Assembly (NCBI GenBank): GCA_964016885.1
Contig: OZ024741.1
Location: 327,422,001 to 327,486,000 of the forward strand
From: Eledone cirrhosa
Taxonomy: Eukaryota
Reading direction: 5' to 3'
DNA length: 64,000 nt
Shown: positions 28,342 to 40,377 of the stretch, piece after piece
Position numbering within the stretch: the stretch's first letter is position 1
How the letters are laid out: every line of letters starts with the position of its first letter
The notes under the pieces: generated by a model
What the model was told of the DNA's origin: nothing
Database searches by the model: none
What the model saw: only the letters and a program-made list of their open reading frames with translations
Program-made: the position numbers and the translations under genes

Positions 28342-29910
28342 TTAATTGTAAGTTGTGATGTTGCTGTTCCACTCATATTTTCTATTTAATTTTGGTTTTA
28401 ATTCTTTTATGCTTACTGCCTCTGTAATTTGCCTAAACATTGCGTCTTTCTTGTGTGTGTATTCTATTTTTATTTCTATGCTCTCTAATTTACCCCTGTG
28501 TTCTATCTTAGCATGTTGGTAGAGCACAGATGATTCTTTACTATCTTGGAGGTCTCGCCAGTGTTCATTTATTCGTTCCCCTATACTACGAGCTGTCTCA
28601 CCTATGTACACTACATTTTTGTTTCTACATTGTCCTTCAGTACATCTTATGCTATATACTACATTTCTAGTTTTACAGTTAATATGGGGGCTTATTTTAC
28701 AGGTTATACATTTCTTATCTATACATGAGGGTCTTTGGAACGGGTATGTCTTGCTAATAAGTGTTTTTACGGAGGTACCAGGTCTTTCTACTATCTTAAT
28801 ATTGAGATTATGTTTCTTTAGGGCCCTTCTAAATTTGTAGGCTAGTTCGCCTCTAGGGGTTGTATTGATGAACATTACACTCTGGTATTTATTGCTATCA
28901 TACCATGAGTTTATTCTATTGGCCTTGTTCTTAGTTCTTTCTATTCTATTCCAAAATTTGCTCCTATACAAGGGGCAGGTCCCATTTATGTCATTATTTA
29001 CCATTTTTTCCCATTTGGTTCTGGCTCCTTTATACACTCTGATTCTATCTCTCTGATTGTAGCCAGAGAACTGCATACGGTGGATGAAGTGTTGTATGTG
29101 TCTCTCTAGTTCTTCGGGGTTGCACATGCGGGACACATTTCTCATCACCCGTACCAAATCCGCAATCAGTATGTTGATTTTGGTATGGTCCGAAATGGCC
29201 GAGTTTCGGTGGATCAGATGTTTGGAAGTCATGGGTTTGGCATAATGGGAATGGAGGATTTGTTTTTGGTTGTTAATAGTATCTAACCAGAGCTCTGTGT
29301 CTAGTACAGGTAATCGATGGTTGGGGTGTCTACTTGGGTAGTCTATAGTAACTCTAATGCTCTGGTGTATGGAGTTTGCTATTTGCTGGATGCTTTCCAT
29401 TGTGTTTTTCTCTAGTTCCTGACTGTTCTTTAGTGGGGGTGTCTTAACTACGATGTTTATATCATCTACGTAGCGGGAGTACATTATCAGGGTTAAGCTG
29501 TCTTCTAATTGTTCATTAAGTTTTTGTTTAAGTCTGCTGTCCCACCATACCATGAATAAGTTAGCTATGTCGCCTGCAATGCTAACACCAATGGCTGCTC
29601 CTTCCTCTTGGGCATATGTTTTACCATTAAATTTGAACATATGTTCCTTAAGGGTTAGTTTTATGCTGGCCCCTACCGCATGTGCAATCATTTTCTTCAG
29701 TTCATCGTGGTTTTCGGGTGTCCGTATGGCTCTGGTCCACCCGTTCCATCTATATGTGTGGGTTTTCTTGGCCATAGAGGTAATGGTAGGTGGTCTGCCT
29801 CTTGCTGGTCTTGTAGGGCACAGGTTGCTAAGGTCATAAGTGTCTAGGTAACTATTACTATGTGTAAGCTTAAGTAGAAGTCCCAGCTCACTGGTATCAA
29901 TCCCACGGAA
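28342..29910 (-). CDS. Penelope-like element (family C) RT plus C-terminal GIY-YIG endonuclease, 5'-truncated but uninterrupted
   Basis: A 477-aa ORF whose frame stays open upstream to ~29910. RT motifs: [22 protein letters not shown]. Cys linker: [15 protein letters not shown]: [31 protein letters not shown]. Confidence 0.93.
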   Translation of the reverse strand, partial: FRGIDTSELGLLLKLTHSNSYLDTYDLSNLCPTRPARGRPPTITSMAKKTHTYRWNGWTRAIRTPENHDELKKMIAHAVGASIKLTLKEHMFKFNGKTYAQEEGAAIGVSIAGDIANLFMVWWDSRLKQKLNEQLEDSLTLIMYSRYVDDINIVVKTPPLKNSQELEKNTMESIQQIANSIHQSIRVTIDYPSRHPNHRLPVLDTELWLDTINNQKQILHSHYAKPMTSKHLIHRNSAISDHTKINILIADLVRVMRNVSRMCNPEELERHIQHFIHRMQFSGYNQRDRIRVYKGARTKWEKMVNNDINGTCPLYRSKFWNRIERTKNKANRINSWYDSNKYQSVMFINTTPRGELAYKFRRALKKHNLNIKIVERPGTSVKTLISKTYPFQRPSCIDKKCITCKISPHINCKTRNVVYSIRCTEGQCRNKNVVYIGETARSIGERINEHWRDLQDSKESSVLYQHAKIEHRGKLESIEIKIEYTHKKDAMFRQITEAVSIKELKPKLNRKYEWNSNITTYN

Positions 29911-29943
29911 TTATATATATATATACATATGTATATGTATAAG

Positions 29944-29975
<32 letters not shown>

Positions 29976-29982
29976 CATATAT

Positions 29983-30035
<53 letters not shown>

Positions 30036-30038
30036 TAT

Positions 30039-30119
<81 letters not shown>

Positions 30120-30269
30120 ATATAGAGAGAACCACACAGATACATGCGGACACATACATATCCCTGTGTTAGTGGTGCCAATCTCAATAGATGTTGCTCT
30201 ATGAAAAACTGGGACAGAACTATCCGAATGGATTAGACTGCTCCAGTATCAGAGCTAGAAAGTACATTA

Positions 30270-30812
30270 TAAAGAGAGAAGAAACATTAGTTATAATTAG
30301 TAATAAGATATATCATACCTAGCTGGTTCTTCAGTCCCCGACTACGTAGTTTCGTGGCATATTATGCAAAAACACTAGATCATTGAGATATAGAGTTTTT
30401 GTGAGGTTCTGCCGACTCATCAAGGGGATACATCATTAAGGATTTCAAAACACGTCTGCAATGCGCGAGATACAAGCTCGAAAAGGCGGAGGGAGAGTCA
30501 CTCACGTGATACAGCGGTCAAGAAACAAAGCTAAGCCCCTTATAACCCTGAACAAAATACCACGGAGGCGGAGTGGGTATTCATATCAAAGCCGTAGAAG
30601 AGGTGGTTTGAGGAGGCTAGAAGTATGAGTAATGGTAGCTATCCAGCAGTCACTACACTTCAAAGGTTACTCATAAAAACTCTATATCTCTATGATCTAG
30701 TGTTTTTGCATAATATGCCTCGAAACTACGTAGTCGGGGACTGAAGAACCAGCTAGGTATGATATATCTTATTACTAATATTACTAATTATATCTAATGT
30801 TTCTTCTCTCTG
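30270..30812. mobile_element. Short inverted-arm element (30270-30402 / 30672-30812) carrying an HHR
   Basis: The arms are reverse complements and the element lies between (TA)n tracts. Confidence 0.8.
30335..30428 (-). ncRNA. Type I hammerhead motif with C3U core, long loop 2 and palindromic ACUACGUAGU stem III
   Basis: ucccc-UUGAUGA-gucggca..ugccac-GAAA-CUACGUAG-UC-gggga. The 3' half is repeated on the plus strand at ~30716-30740. Confidence 0.72.
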
Positions 30813-30855
30813 CATAATGTACTATATATATATATATATATACTTATATATATAC

Positions 30856-30886
<31 letters not shown>

Positions 30887-30887
30887 C

Positions 30888-31084
<197 letters not shown>

Positions 31085-31089
31085 TACAT

Positions 31090-31215
31090 AGGCATGTGGC
31101 TGAGTGGTTAAAAAAATGGATTCACAATCGTAAGGTTGTGAGTGCGATTCCTGGCCCAGGCGATGCATTATGTCCTTGAGCAAGACACTTTATTTCACGT
31201 TGTTCCTTCTACCTG
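31090..31215 (+). mobile_element. tRNA-derived SINE with a CORE-like segment
   Basis: A-box tggctgagtggttaa and B-box-like gtgcgattcc, followed by tgtccttgagcaagacactt. Confidence 0.7.
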
Positions 31216-31307
31216 GAGTTGCGACCGATAGATAGTATTAGCAATTGGAAAGACCAACGGAAACATCGTTTCCTCGGTCCTATTTGCCGAAAGTCGATCG
31301 TTCTCTC

Positions 31308-31405
<98 letters not shown>

Positions 31406-31524
31406 TTTATTAAAATAACAGATACATTTTAAGCAAAGAATCGCGATTAAAGTTTAAGCAGTTTAAGCAGAGATTGGATTTTAGTCTTCAAATTTATTAT
31501 TATTAATATATATACATATATATA

Positions 31525-31569
<45 letters not shown>

Positions 31570-31571
<2 letters not shown>

Positions 31572-32490
31572 CGAAGTAAATGTGGTAAGGAACCAGGTGG
31601 ACCATAACGCAACAAAGTACTCAATACTTAGGGTAGTAGAGTGGGTAATAGGAACGAGTAGGACCCCGACAACTGAGCTCAAGCCGTTTCGACGGCTAAT
31701 TCTGGACTAAATGAAAATGTTTATCCTGGTATTAGAATAGCCGAGCTTCTCAGGAGGTAATTCCATATATGGTAAAAGTTATTGTCACAAGGATTGGTAA
31801 AAAGTTTGTTGTTGAGACATAATAATTCTATCATGGTAATGTGTGGAGGGAAGGGGTAGCTGAACCTGCCAGTAGAAGAAAGAGGGAGAGGGGTGGAGGA
31901 AACCCAGTTATGCGTTGATAGTGCCATCTACAGCTGGGCAGGAGGTCAAAGAAGATACTAGGGAGAGGGAGGATGAAGAAGTCGAAACAATAAGTGAAAC
32001 AATATGGGGTAAATATATAGAAAAATACTGAGAGTGTTAAAAAACAATTAAATGTAAAAAAAAAGAAAAAAGAAAAACAAACAAAAAAAAAATACTGGTT
32101 ACTATAACCTAAGGACAGCTATCAAGTCTCTCACTTGTACTGCTAGACTAAAGAAAGGTTTACTAGGTGGGACGGAATTATAATGAGACCCTTTTTAAGA
32201 GGTATAAGTAAACAACCGAATATATCTTACGGTGACGGGTCACCAAGTGGGGGGCCAAAATACTAAAGAAACTACCACTAAATAATAATTCAGAGTCCCG
32301 AGACCAGTTCGAAATAAAGATTTCTACCCCAGGCACAAGGCCAGCAACCACCCAGTGCAAAAAAAATAAACTAATACGAAATAATAATTCAGAATCCCGA
32401 AAAAGAATACTAATACTATCTCTAAGGGTGCCGCCACGATACAAAAATGTTAGTGCAAACTACATAAATGCTGGTACGAAGTATATGTAA
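31570..32490 (-). mobile_element. Inverted arm of PLE family A (3' UTR plus extended tail)
   Basis: Reverse complement of ~32865-33706, plus ~80 bp of extra tail. Confidence 0.88.
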
Positions 32491-32494
32491 AATT

Positions 32495-33706
32495 TGGCGT
32501 CACGCCACAACACTTTGGGGCCACATATGGGACCTCAAGGATAACAATATTATCTATGATCTCACTTGGAGTTTACTGTCCAGAGCCAACTCTTACACGG
32601 GAGGACGCCCTCCGTGCAATTTATGCTCGGAGGAAACTTTACAAATGCTGTTTTCGACGGACCAACTCCTAAACAACAAAGATGAACTGGTAACTGCATG
32701 TAAACACTGATTGCGTAGGACTTACCTCGCCCTCAAACCCCATAATTATCCGATGGCTGCCCCTTTTCCGTGCTTTCTATATTTCTTAGTGGTATCTTTG
32801 CGTTAATTTCTCGTATATCAGTATTTAATTTTTTTTTTTTGGGGGGGGGGGGGGGGATTCCCAATTAATTTTCCGTATCAAATTTTGCATATACTTCGTA
32901 CGAGCATTTATGTAGTTTGCACTAAAATATTTGTATCGTGGCGGCACCCTTAGAGATAGTATTAGTATTCTTTTTCGGGATTCTGAATTATTCATTCGTA
33001 TTAGTTTATTTTTTTGCACTGGGTGGTTGCTGGCCTTGTGCCTGGGGTAGAAACCTTTATTTCGTACTGGTGTCGGGACTCTGAATTATTATTTAGTGGT
33101 AGTTTCTTTAGTATTTTGGCCCCCACTTGTTGACCCGTCACCGTAAGATATATTCGGTTGTTTACTTATACCTCTTAAAAGGGTCTCATTATAATTCCGT
33201 CCCACCTAGTAAACCTTTCTTTAGTCTAGCAGTACCATTGAGAGATTTAATAGCTGTCCTTAAGTTATAGTAACCAGAAATTTTTTTTTTTTTGTTCTTT
33301 ACGTTTAATTGTTTTTTAACACTCTCGGTATTTTTTTATATATTTACCCCATATTGTTTCACTTATTGTTTCGACTTCCTCCCCCTCCCCCTCCCTAGTA
33401 TCTTCTTTGACCTCCTGCCCAGCTGTAGATAGCACTATCAACGCATGACTTGGTTTCCTCCACCCCCTCTCCCTCTTTCTTCTACTGGCAGGTTCAGATA
33501 CCCCTTCCCTCCACAAATTGCGATGATAGAATTATTATGTCTCAACAACAAACTTTTGACCAATCCTTGTGACAATCACTTTTACCATATATGGAATTAC
33601 CCCCTGAGAAGCTCGGCTATTCTAATACCAGGATAAACATTTTCATTTAGTCCAGAATTAGCCGTCGAAACGGCTTGAGCTCAGCCGTCGGGGTCCTACT
33701 CGTTCC
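32495..33706 (+). mobile_element. 5'-truncated PLE family A (GIY-YIG C-terminus plus ~1-kb 3' UTR)
   Basis: RHATTLWGHIWDLK..LTWSLLSRANSY..CNLCSEE..LLNNKDELVTACKH is the same motif type as family B. Second copy at 57450-58997. Confidence 0.88.
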
Positions 33707-33752
33707 TATATATATATATATATATATATAGAATCTATAAGAATATATATAT

Positions 33753-33789
<37 letters not shown>

Positions 33790-33812
33790 AGTGTGTGTAT
33801 GTTTTTGTGGAC

Positions 33813-33889
<77 letters not shown>

Positions 33890-33892
<3 letters not shown>

Positions 33893-34723
33893 ACAGGGGG
33901 AAGAAAAAATGGCTTCACTTGTGCTTTCAACAAATTTATTTTCTTCACAAAATCCCAAAAGAATTTTTTTCCGGATTAGAAACACTTTTTTTTTTTTTTT
34001 TTTTCTTCTTAAAAAAAATTATTTTATAAGTTAAGTTGACGGTTGTTGGTTAGGTGTTAGGAGTTCTTGGTTAACCTAGGAGGTATTGTTTCGTTTTTAG
34101 AACGACCTTTCACGCTGAGGTGCGCTTGTCAAACTGATGTGTATGTGCTGTGTTGTTCTATATATAGGGATTTAACATGTCTGTGGTGTGGTGGGGGTTT
34201 CTTTTCTCCCCCTTTAATAAGTGTATGGGTGTAGGTGTGTTGAAAAAGTGTTAATAGCAGTAATGAGTTGAGACGGTGAGTAGGGTTGGGTGGGGAGAAA
34301 TGTGTGTGTGTGTGTATGCCTCTCTCTATATATGTATATATATATATATGTATGTGTGTATGTGTGTCTGTGTATGCATGTATGTGTGAACGGAGGTATA
34401 TATACGGATATATGTATATGTGTGTGTGTGTGTGTATACACGTGTGTGTGTGTGTGTGTATGTGTGCGTGTATGTGTATATATGTATATTTAGTTATGTA
34501 TCTTTATGTGTGTATATGTATGTATGTGTATGTATGTATATGTATGTATGTGTATATGTATATGTATATGGACACACTAGAAGAGGAAGACCAAGGTTAA
34601 CATATGTTGATGCCCTAAGGACAGACACTGGTCTGTTGGAGATGCAGGATAAGGCAGCGATAATGAGGGACAGAGACCGCTGGAGAGAACTCGTCCATGG
34701 ATCTCGGGAATTTTACCCGCCTT

Positions 34724-34797
<74 letters not shown>

Positions 34798-34838
34798 ATA
34801 TGTATATGTGTGTGTGTATATGTGCGTATAAATATATG

Positions 34839-34936
<98 letters not shown>

Positions 34937-35703
34937 CATATGGAGGTATGAGTACATATTCGTGTGTGTACGTATGTGTATATGTGTTTTTATATGTGTC
35001 TCTATATGATTTTGTGTATGTATGTGGATGTATTTGTACATGGGTGTGTGATTGATGGTGTGTGCCTATATATTCCTGCATATGCCCGTGTGTGTATGTA
35101 CGTACATGCACACATATGTGTGTGTTGAACAAAGGACTAACTTTGGGATGGACGTAGAAAAATTCTTCAAAAAAAAAGAAAAAATAATTATTCACAAACT
35201 TGACAGGTGCGATTTGCCTGTGACCATTCTCAACACAAAAGGAATACTAAGAGCTTTTTCCCCTGAATAAAGGAATTTTTCGAGAATGCCTGGGGCAGGC
35301 CGCACTTGCTACTTTTCTCCCCACCCAACCCTACCCACCGTCTCAACTCATTACTGTATTAACACTTTTTCAACACACCTACACCCATATACTTATTAAA
35401 GGGGGAGAAAAGAAACCCCCACCACACCACAGACATGTTAAATCCCTATATATAGAACAACACACCACATACACATCAGATTGACAAGCGCACCTCAGCG
35501 TGAAAGGTCGTTCTAAAAACGAAACAATACCTCCTACGTTAACCAAGAACTCCTAAGACCTAACCAACAACCAACAACTTAATTTATAAAATCATTTTTT
35601 TTAAGAAGAAAAAAAAAAAAATTTTTTTCTAATCCGGAAAAAAATTCTTTTTGGATTTTGTGAAGAAAATAAAGTGAAGCCATTTTTTCTTCCCCCTGTC
35701 TTA
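33890..35703. repeat. Inverted repeat pair (33890-34300 / 35311-35703) enclosing microsatellites and an RTE fragment
   Basis: The arms are reverse complements. A decayed HHR-like UUGACAA-gcgc..gcgu-GAAA lies at ~35478-35514. Confidence 0.8.
34568..34725 (+). mobile_element. RTE-like LINE 3' end fragment
   Basis: Translates as [21 protein letters not shown]...[12 protein letters not shown] near-identical copy is at 55782-55927. Confidence 0.8.
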
Positions 35704-35755
35704 ATATATCTAACTGTACCAATGATTACACACATTTTCCAATATATATATATAC

Positions 35756-35861
<106 letters not shown>

Positions 35862-35864
35862 CTG

Positions 35865-36256
35865 ATGGTAGCTGAGATGCTTCCATAGGCGGTATGCCGG
35901 TTGAGCACTCTATGCTCTTACAGAGCAGTGTATGATAGAATATAAAACGAAAAATCAATGATGCATCTGAACTCAATGTATTGTGTGTTACAATTCTTTC
36001 CCCGGCAGACAGCTCGAGACGCGATCATTGTGTGGATCTGTCTGATTCTGGACCCGCAGGTTCGACGGACACGTCTAACGATTTCGGTGCAGTGAGAGAA
36101 TATACTCCGATATCATTAGACGTGTTCGTCGAACCTGCGGGTCCAGAATGAGACAGATCCACACAATGATCGCGTCTCGAGCTGTCCGCCGGCGAAGCAA
36201 TTGTAACATATAATAAATTGAGTTCAGATGCACCGCTGATTTTTCGTTTTCTATTC

Positions 36257-36262
<6 letters not shown>
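35865..36262. mobile_element. Fold-back element (35925-36090 / 36105-36262) homologous to the HHR element at 17070-17280
   Basis: Shares aggcggtatg.cg.ttgagcact and acagctcg..gatc with the 17-kb element. GAAG-CAAUUG-UA lies at ~36196-36207. Confidence 0.7.
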
Positions 36263-36301
<39 letters not shown>

Positions 36302-36321
36302 GTGTGTACAAATACATAATA

Positions 36322-36367
<46 letters not shown>

Positions 36368-36861
36368 AAAGACAACATACATATATTTAAAAGACAACAG
36401 AAGGCAGGACACGAAATATTTTTTGAATGATTTCATCATCAGATCATGACGTAAGTCATTGGCGACATCATGACGTGTAGATTGAAAAGATTTGGTAATC
36501 GATTACAGGATTACGGCAAACGCAAACAGAGAATAAACTTCATTCAGAGACCCATTCAGTGTTGCTGTTGCGGCTCAGCTTTGTTTATACTTACAAATAT
36601 TTATATACACAACCCTTCTTTCTTTCTTTTCATCTCATTAACTTTATCAATCTAAACTTTCTATCACCACTTCTATTACCCTTTCTATTACCATTTCTAT
36701 ATCAGTTCGTCTAACACTCATCCCATGCAACTTTCACACCACTCCTTTGCATAATGCTAATACGTGGCCTTTTTGGCCGAGTCAATGATATATCAGCTTC
36801 CATTTTCGGCCTTCCATATCCCATTTTCATTTTTCATGACTAATGTTTGCAAAGTATTTTT

Positions 36862-37012
<151 letters not shown>

Positions 37013-37036
37013 CTATATATATATATCTATATATAT

Positions 37037-37178
37037 AACAAAGGAATTGTGGTAAGGAACCAGATGGAATATACCCACCAGAGTACTCACTCAATACTTA
37101 GGGTAGTAGAGTGGGAAATAGGAAAAATATGACCACGACGGCATAGCTTAAGCCGTTTCGACGGCTATTTCTTCTGGA

Positions 37179-37181
<3 letters not shown>
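37037..37181 (-). mobile_element. Divergent PLE family A terminus with a CAGAAGA-core HHR-like motif
   Basis: gccuc-CAGAAGA-aauagccguc-GAAA-cggc..gccg-UC-gugguc, followed by the family A tail. Confidence 0.65.
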
Positions 37182-37224
<43 letters not shown>

Positions 37225-37914
37225 GATAGATATATAGATAGATATATAGATATTTAGATAGATAGATAGATAAATAAATATGGTGGTAGGTACTTATGTA
37301 GATACGCAGGTACACATATATACATAGATACTTACAAACATACATGCATGCATTCATTCATACAAACATAAGAACAAGAAAGAGTGCGGTAAGCAAGTTC
37401 ATTCCATTAATGGAACTGTTATATATGTAAAACATTTAAGAAATTCTACATTTAATAATTAGGTATACATATGTATTGATATGACCACTTATTCTATAGC
37501 ATCCATACATGCACAAACACACACATACACACACACGCACGCACACAAATCAATATTCACAAACGCACACACACACACAAACCACGCACGCACACACAAA
37601 TCAATATTCACAAACGCACACACACACACACACAAACACAAGCATACACAAACACAAACCTTCACAGACATACATTCGTTTTTACCTATACCTAGTTCAT
37701 GTCTAAATTCCAATGAAAGAATCGCCTGTCTAAGGTAGAGACTGGCAGTCTTTCTTTTGACGAACTTATTAAAATCAGAAGTACATATATACATACGTAC
37801 GTACATACACGCATACATACTTACATAAATACAAACATACTTACATATATAAACACATACATGCTTTTATATATTCATACATGCACACATGCGTATATAC
37901 ATAGATACATACAT

Positions 37915-39177
37915 GGTGGTTGCCAACTCGTTTTCGAGTACGGCCACTACTTTATATCCATGTAGGAGAACCCCTACCGATGCGCTGAACGAGTGTGATT
38001 TTTAGTCCAGCCAGCGACTTGAAAACTCTGGTACAAACACTACACTTGTGACAATCATTGACACATAGTGCTGGGCACATGGTACCATGTAATGACAAGT
38101 GCAGAGATATCTCCAGATATAAAGCAATGCCAGCGCCGTGAAGCTTTTATAATGAGCAAAGGCACTGCACAAAGCTAGTCCCACTCTCTTAACCAAGATG
38201 ATATTTAACAAAAAGAAGAACAAGTCAACATCATTGGATACCATCAGGGTGGCAGGTGATATATCAGAGTTTTCCTTCTCCTAGAATTCTGCCTTGACAA
38301 AGGCTAAGTGGTCATCTCTCCCGGTGATTTTGGATGGCCATTGACTCTTAAGAGCTCCTTTGCCCTTTGACATACATACATACATACATACATACATACA
38401 TACATACATACATACATACATACATGGTGGCTGCCAACTCGTTTTCAAGTACGTCACCATGTGACGTCAAGTGCAGAGAGATCTCCAGATATAAATACAC
38501 ACATACATGGTGGCTGCCAACTCGTTTTCGAGTACGGCCACTACTTTATATCCATGTAGGAGAACCCCTACCGATGCGCTGAACGAATGTGACTTTTTAG
38601 TCCAGCCAGCGACTTGAAAATTCTGGTACAAACACTACACTTGTGACCATTATTGACACATAGTGCAGGGCCCATGGTACCATGTGATCACAAGTGCAGA
38701 GAGATCTCCAGATATAAAGCAATGCCTGTGCTGTGAAGCTTTTATAGTGAGCAAAGGCACTGCACAAAGCCAGTCCCACTCTCTTAACCAAGATGATATT
38801 TACCAAAAAGAAGAACAAGTCAACATCATTGGATACCATCAGGGTTGCAGGTGTTATATCAGAGTTTTCCTTCTCCTAGAATTCTGCCTTGACAAAGGCT
38901 AAAGGGTCATCTCTCCCGGTGATTTTGGATGGCTATTGACTCTTAAGAGCTCCCTTGCCCTTTGACAGGTTTTGTTTTTACTTCCTGCAGGATGTCCAAA
39001 GTCACCCTCCTCACCAAGAAACCTTGGTGGGGTTGCCAGTTTAGTCGCCAACGACCCGACCACGAGACAGGTTGTACTGGGATACATGTTACCAGTAGCA
39101 CCAGTCGCCAACGACCCGACCATCAGACAGGTTGTACTGGGATACATGTTACCAGTAGCACCAACTGGTGACTTGAC
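37915..39177 (-). mobile_element. Tandem copies of the RTE-derived non-autonomous element (37915-38368 truncated; 38507-39177 full length, with a ~60-bp internal duplication at 39043-39162)
   Basis: Reverse complement of 438-1034, separated and flanked by (ACAT)n. Confidence 0.85.
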
Positions 39178-39252
39178 ATACATACATACATACATACATA
39201 CATACATACATACATACATACATACATACATACATACATACATACATACATA

Positions 39253-39950
39253 CCAAATATCTGCTGCACAAAAGAGGAGGGACATCAGCTGACAATAAAT
39301 GTAGGCTATGTAAAACAAAGATCGAAGATGTAAGCTACATTGTTGCCAGCTTCGAAAGAATGTCGTCTCGCTACTACCTCCCATGAGACACAATGGGATA
39401 GCTAGAACCATCTGGAACGCACTTCGGAAAACAAAATTAACAACAAACTAGGAAGAATATATTGAGACAGATGGCACTATTGAATACTGGTAGAACCTGA
39501 AAATAAAAACTGCCACCAAATTAAAGCAAAACCGGCCTGATATTGTTGTTTGGGACCACACATTGAAAACGTGTTCTGTTGTGGAGATCAGCTGCCCGCT
39601 AGATCTAAACGTTGTCAGACATATACAGGAGAAGGAGGAGATCTACGGACCATTGATGAGGAGTTTACAAATCCAGTATCCAAGATACACCTTTAGCTTC
39701 ATTCCCATCATTATTGGAGCTATGGGTTATATACCAACCCGCTTGGATCAAAGTATGACTGAACTTGGATTTGCGGACAAAGAGCGCAGGTCCCTAATTC
39801 AGAGTCTACCAATGGCTGCGATAGCTGGCACCATCAAAATTTCCAAAATATTCTTGCGAGTCAAGAGATGACAATTTCTTTTCTTTTACAACCTTGCCAC
39901 CAGAAAGATAGCCGGTCAAAATATATACTCGAAATTAAGAGAAAGAGATA
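39253..39950 (+). mobile_element. R4/Dong-like RLE non-LTR retrotransposon 3' fragment
   Basis: Zinc-knuckle remnant, RYYLPMRH, and NRPDIVVWD..CSVVEISCP..EKEEIY (PD-(D/E)xK RLE). Flanked on both sides by (ACAT)n. Confidence 0.85.
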
Positions 39951-40377
39951 ACATACATACATACATACATACATACATACATACATACATACATACATAC
40001 ATACATACATACATACATACATACATACATACATACACACAGTCAACGTGATCAGTCGCATATTTTGTCGTGGGAGACAATTTATCTCCAACAGTAATGC
40101 CACAACTACAGTCATGATGAATAACAGGTTATTCTTCTAGCTATATCTTCTGAAGACACCTTTTATTCGAATTCGTAGAGATATCCGACTAAATACATAA
40201 TTCATTTTTAGAAGGATTTGCTACAAACAGCATAGCTGAACATAACAGCAACAACAACAACATTAAGGAAGTATCCAAGACAAACAATGAGAAAGGTAAA
40301 CAAACTTTATTCAGTTGTAGCTACAGAAGAAACCGAAATTATAAATCGCATTTCTCTTGGAGTTGCGAACTTAATAA

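Noticed and set aside
28342-29910. Naiad-type selenoprotein PLE
   Set aside because: The GIY-YIG domain is C-terminal rather than N-terminal, there is no in-frame TGA, and no SECIS was recognised.
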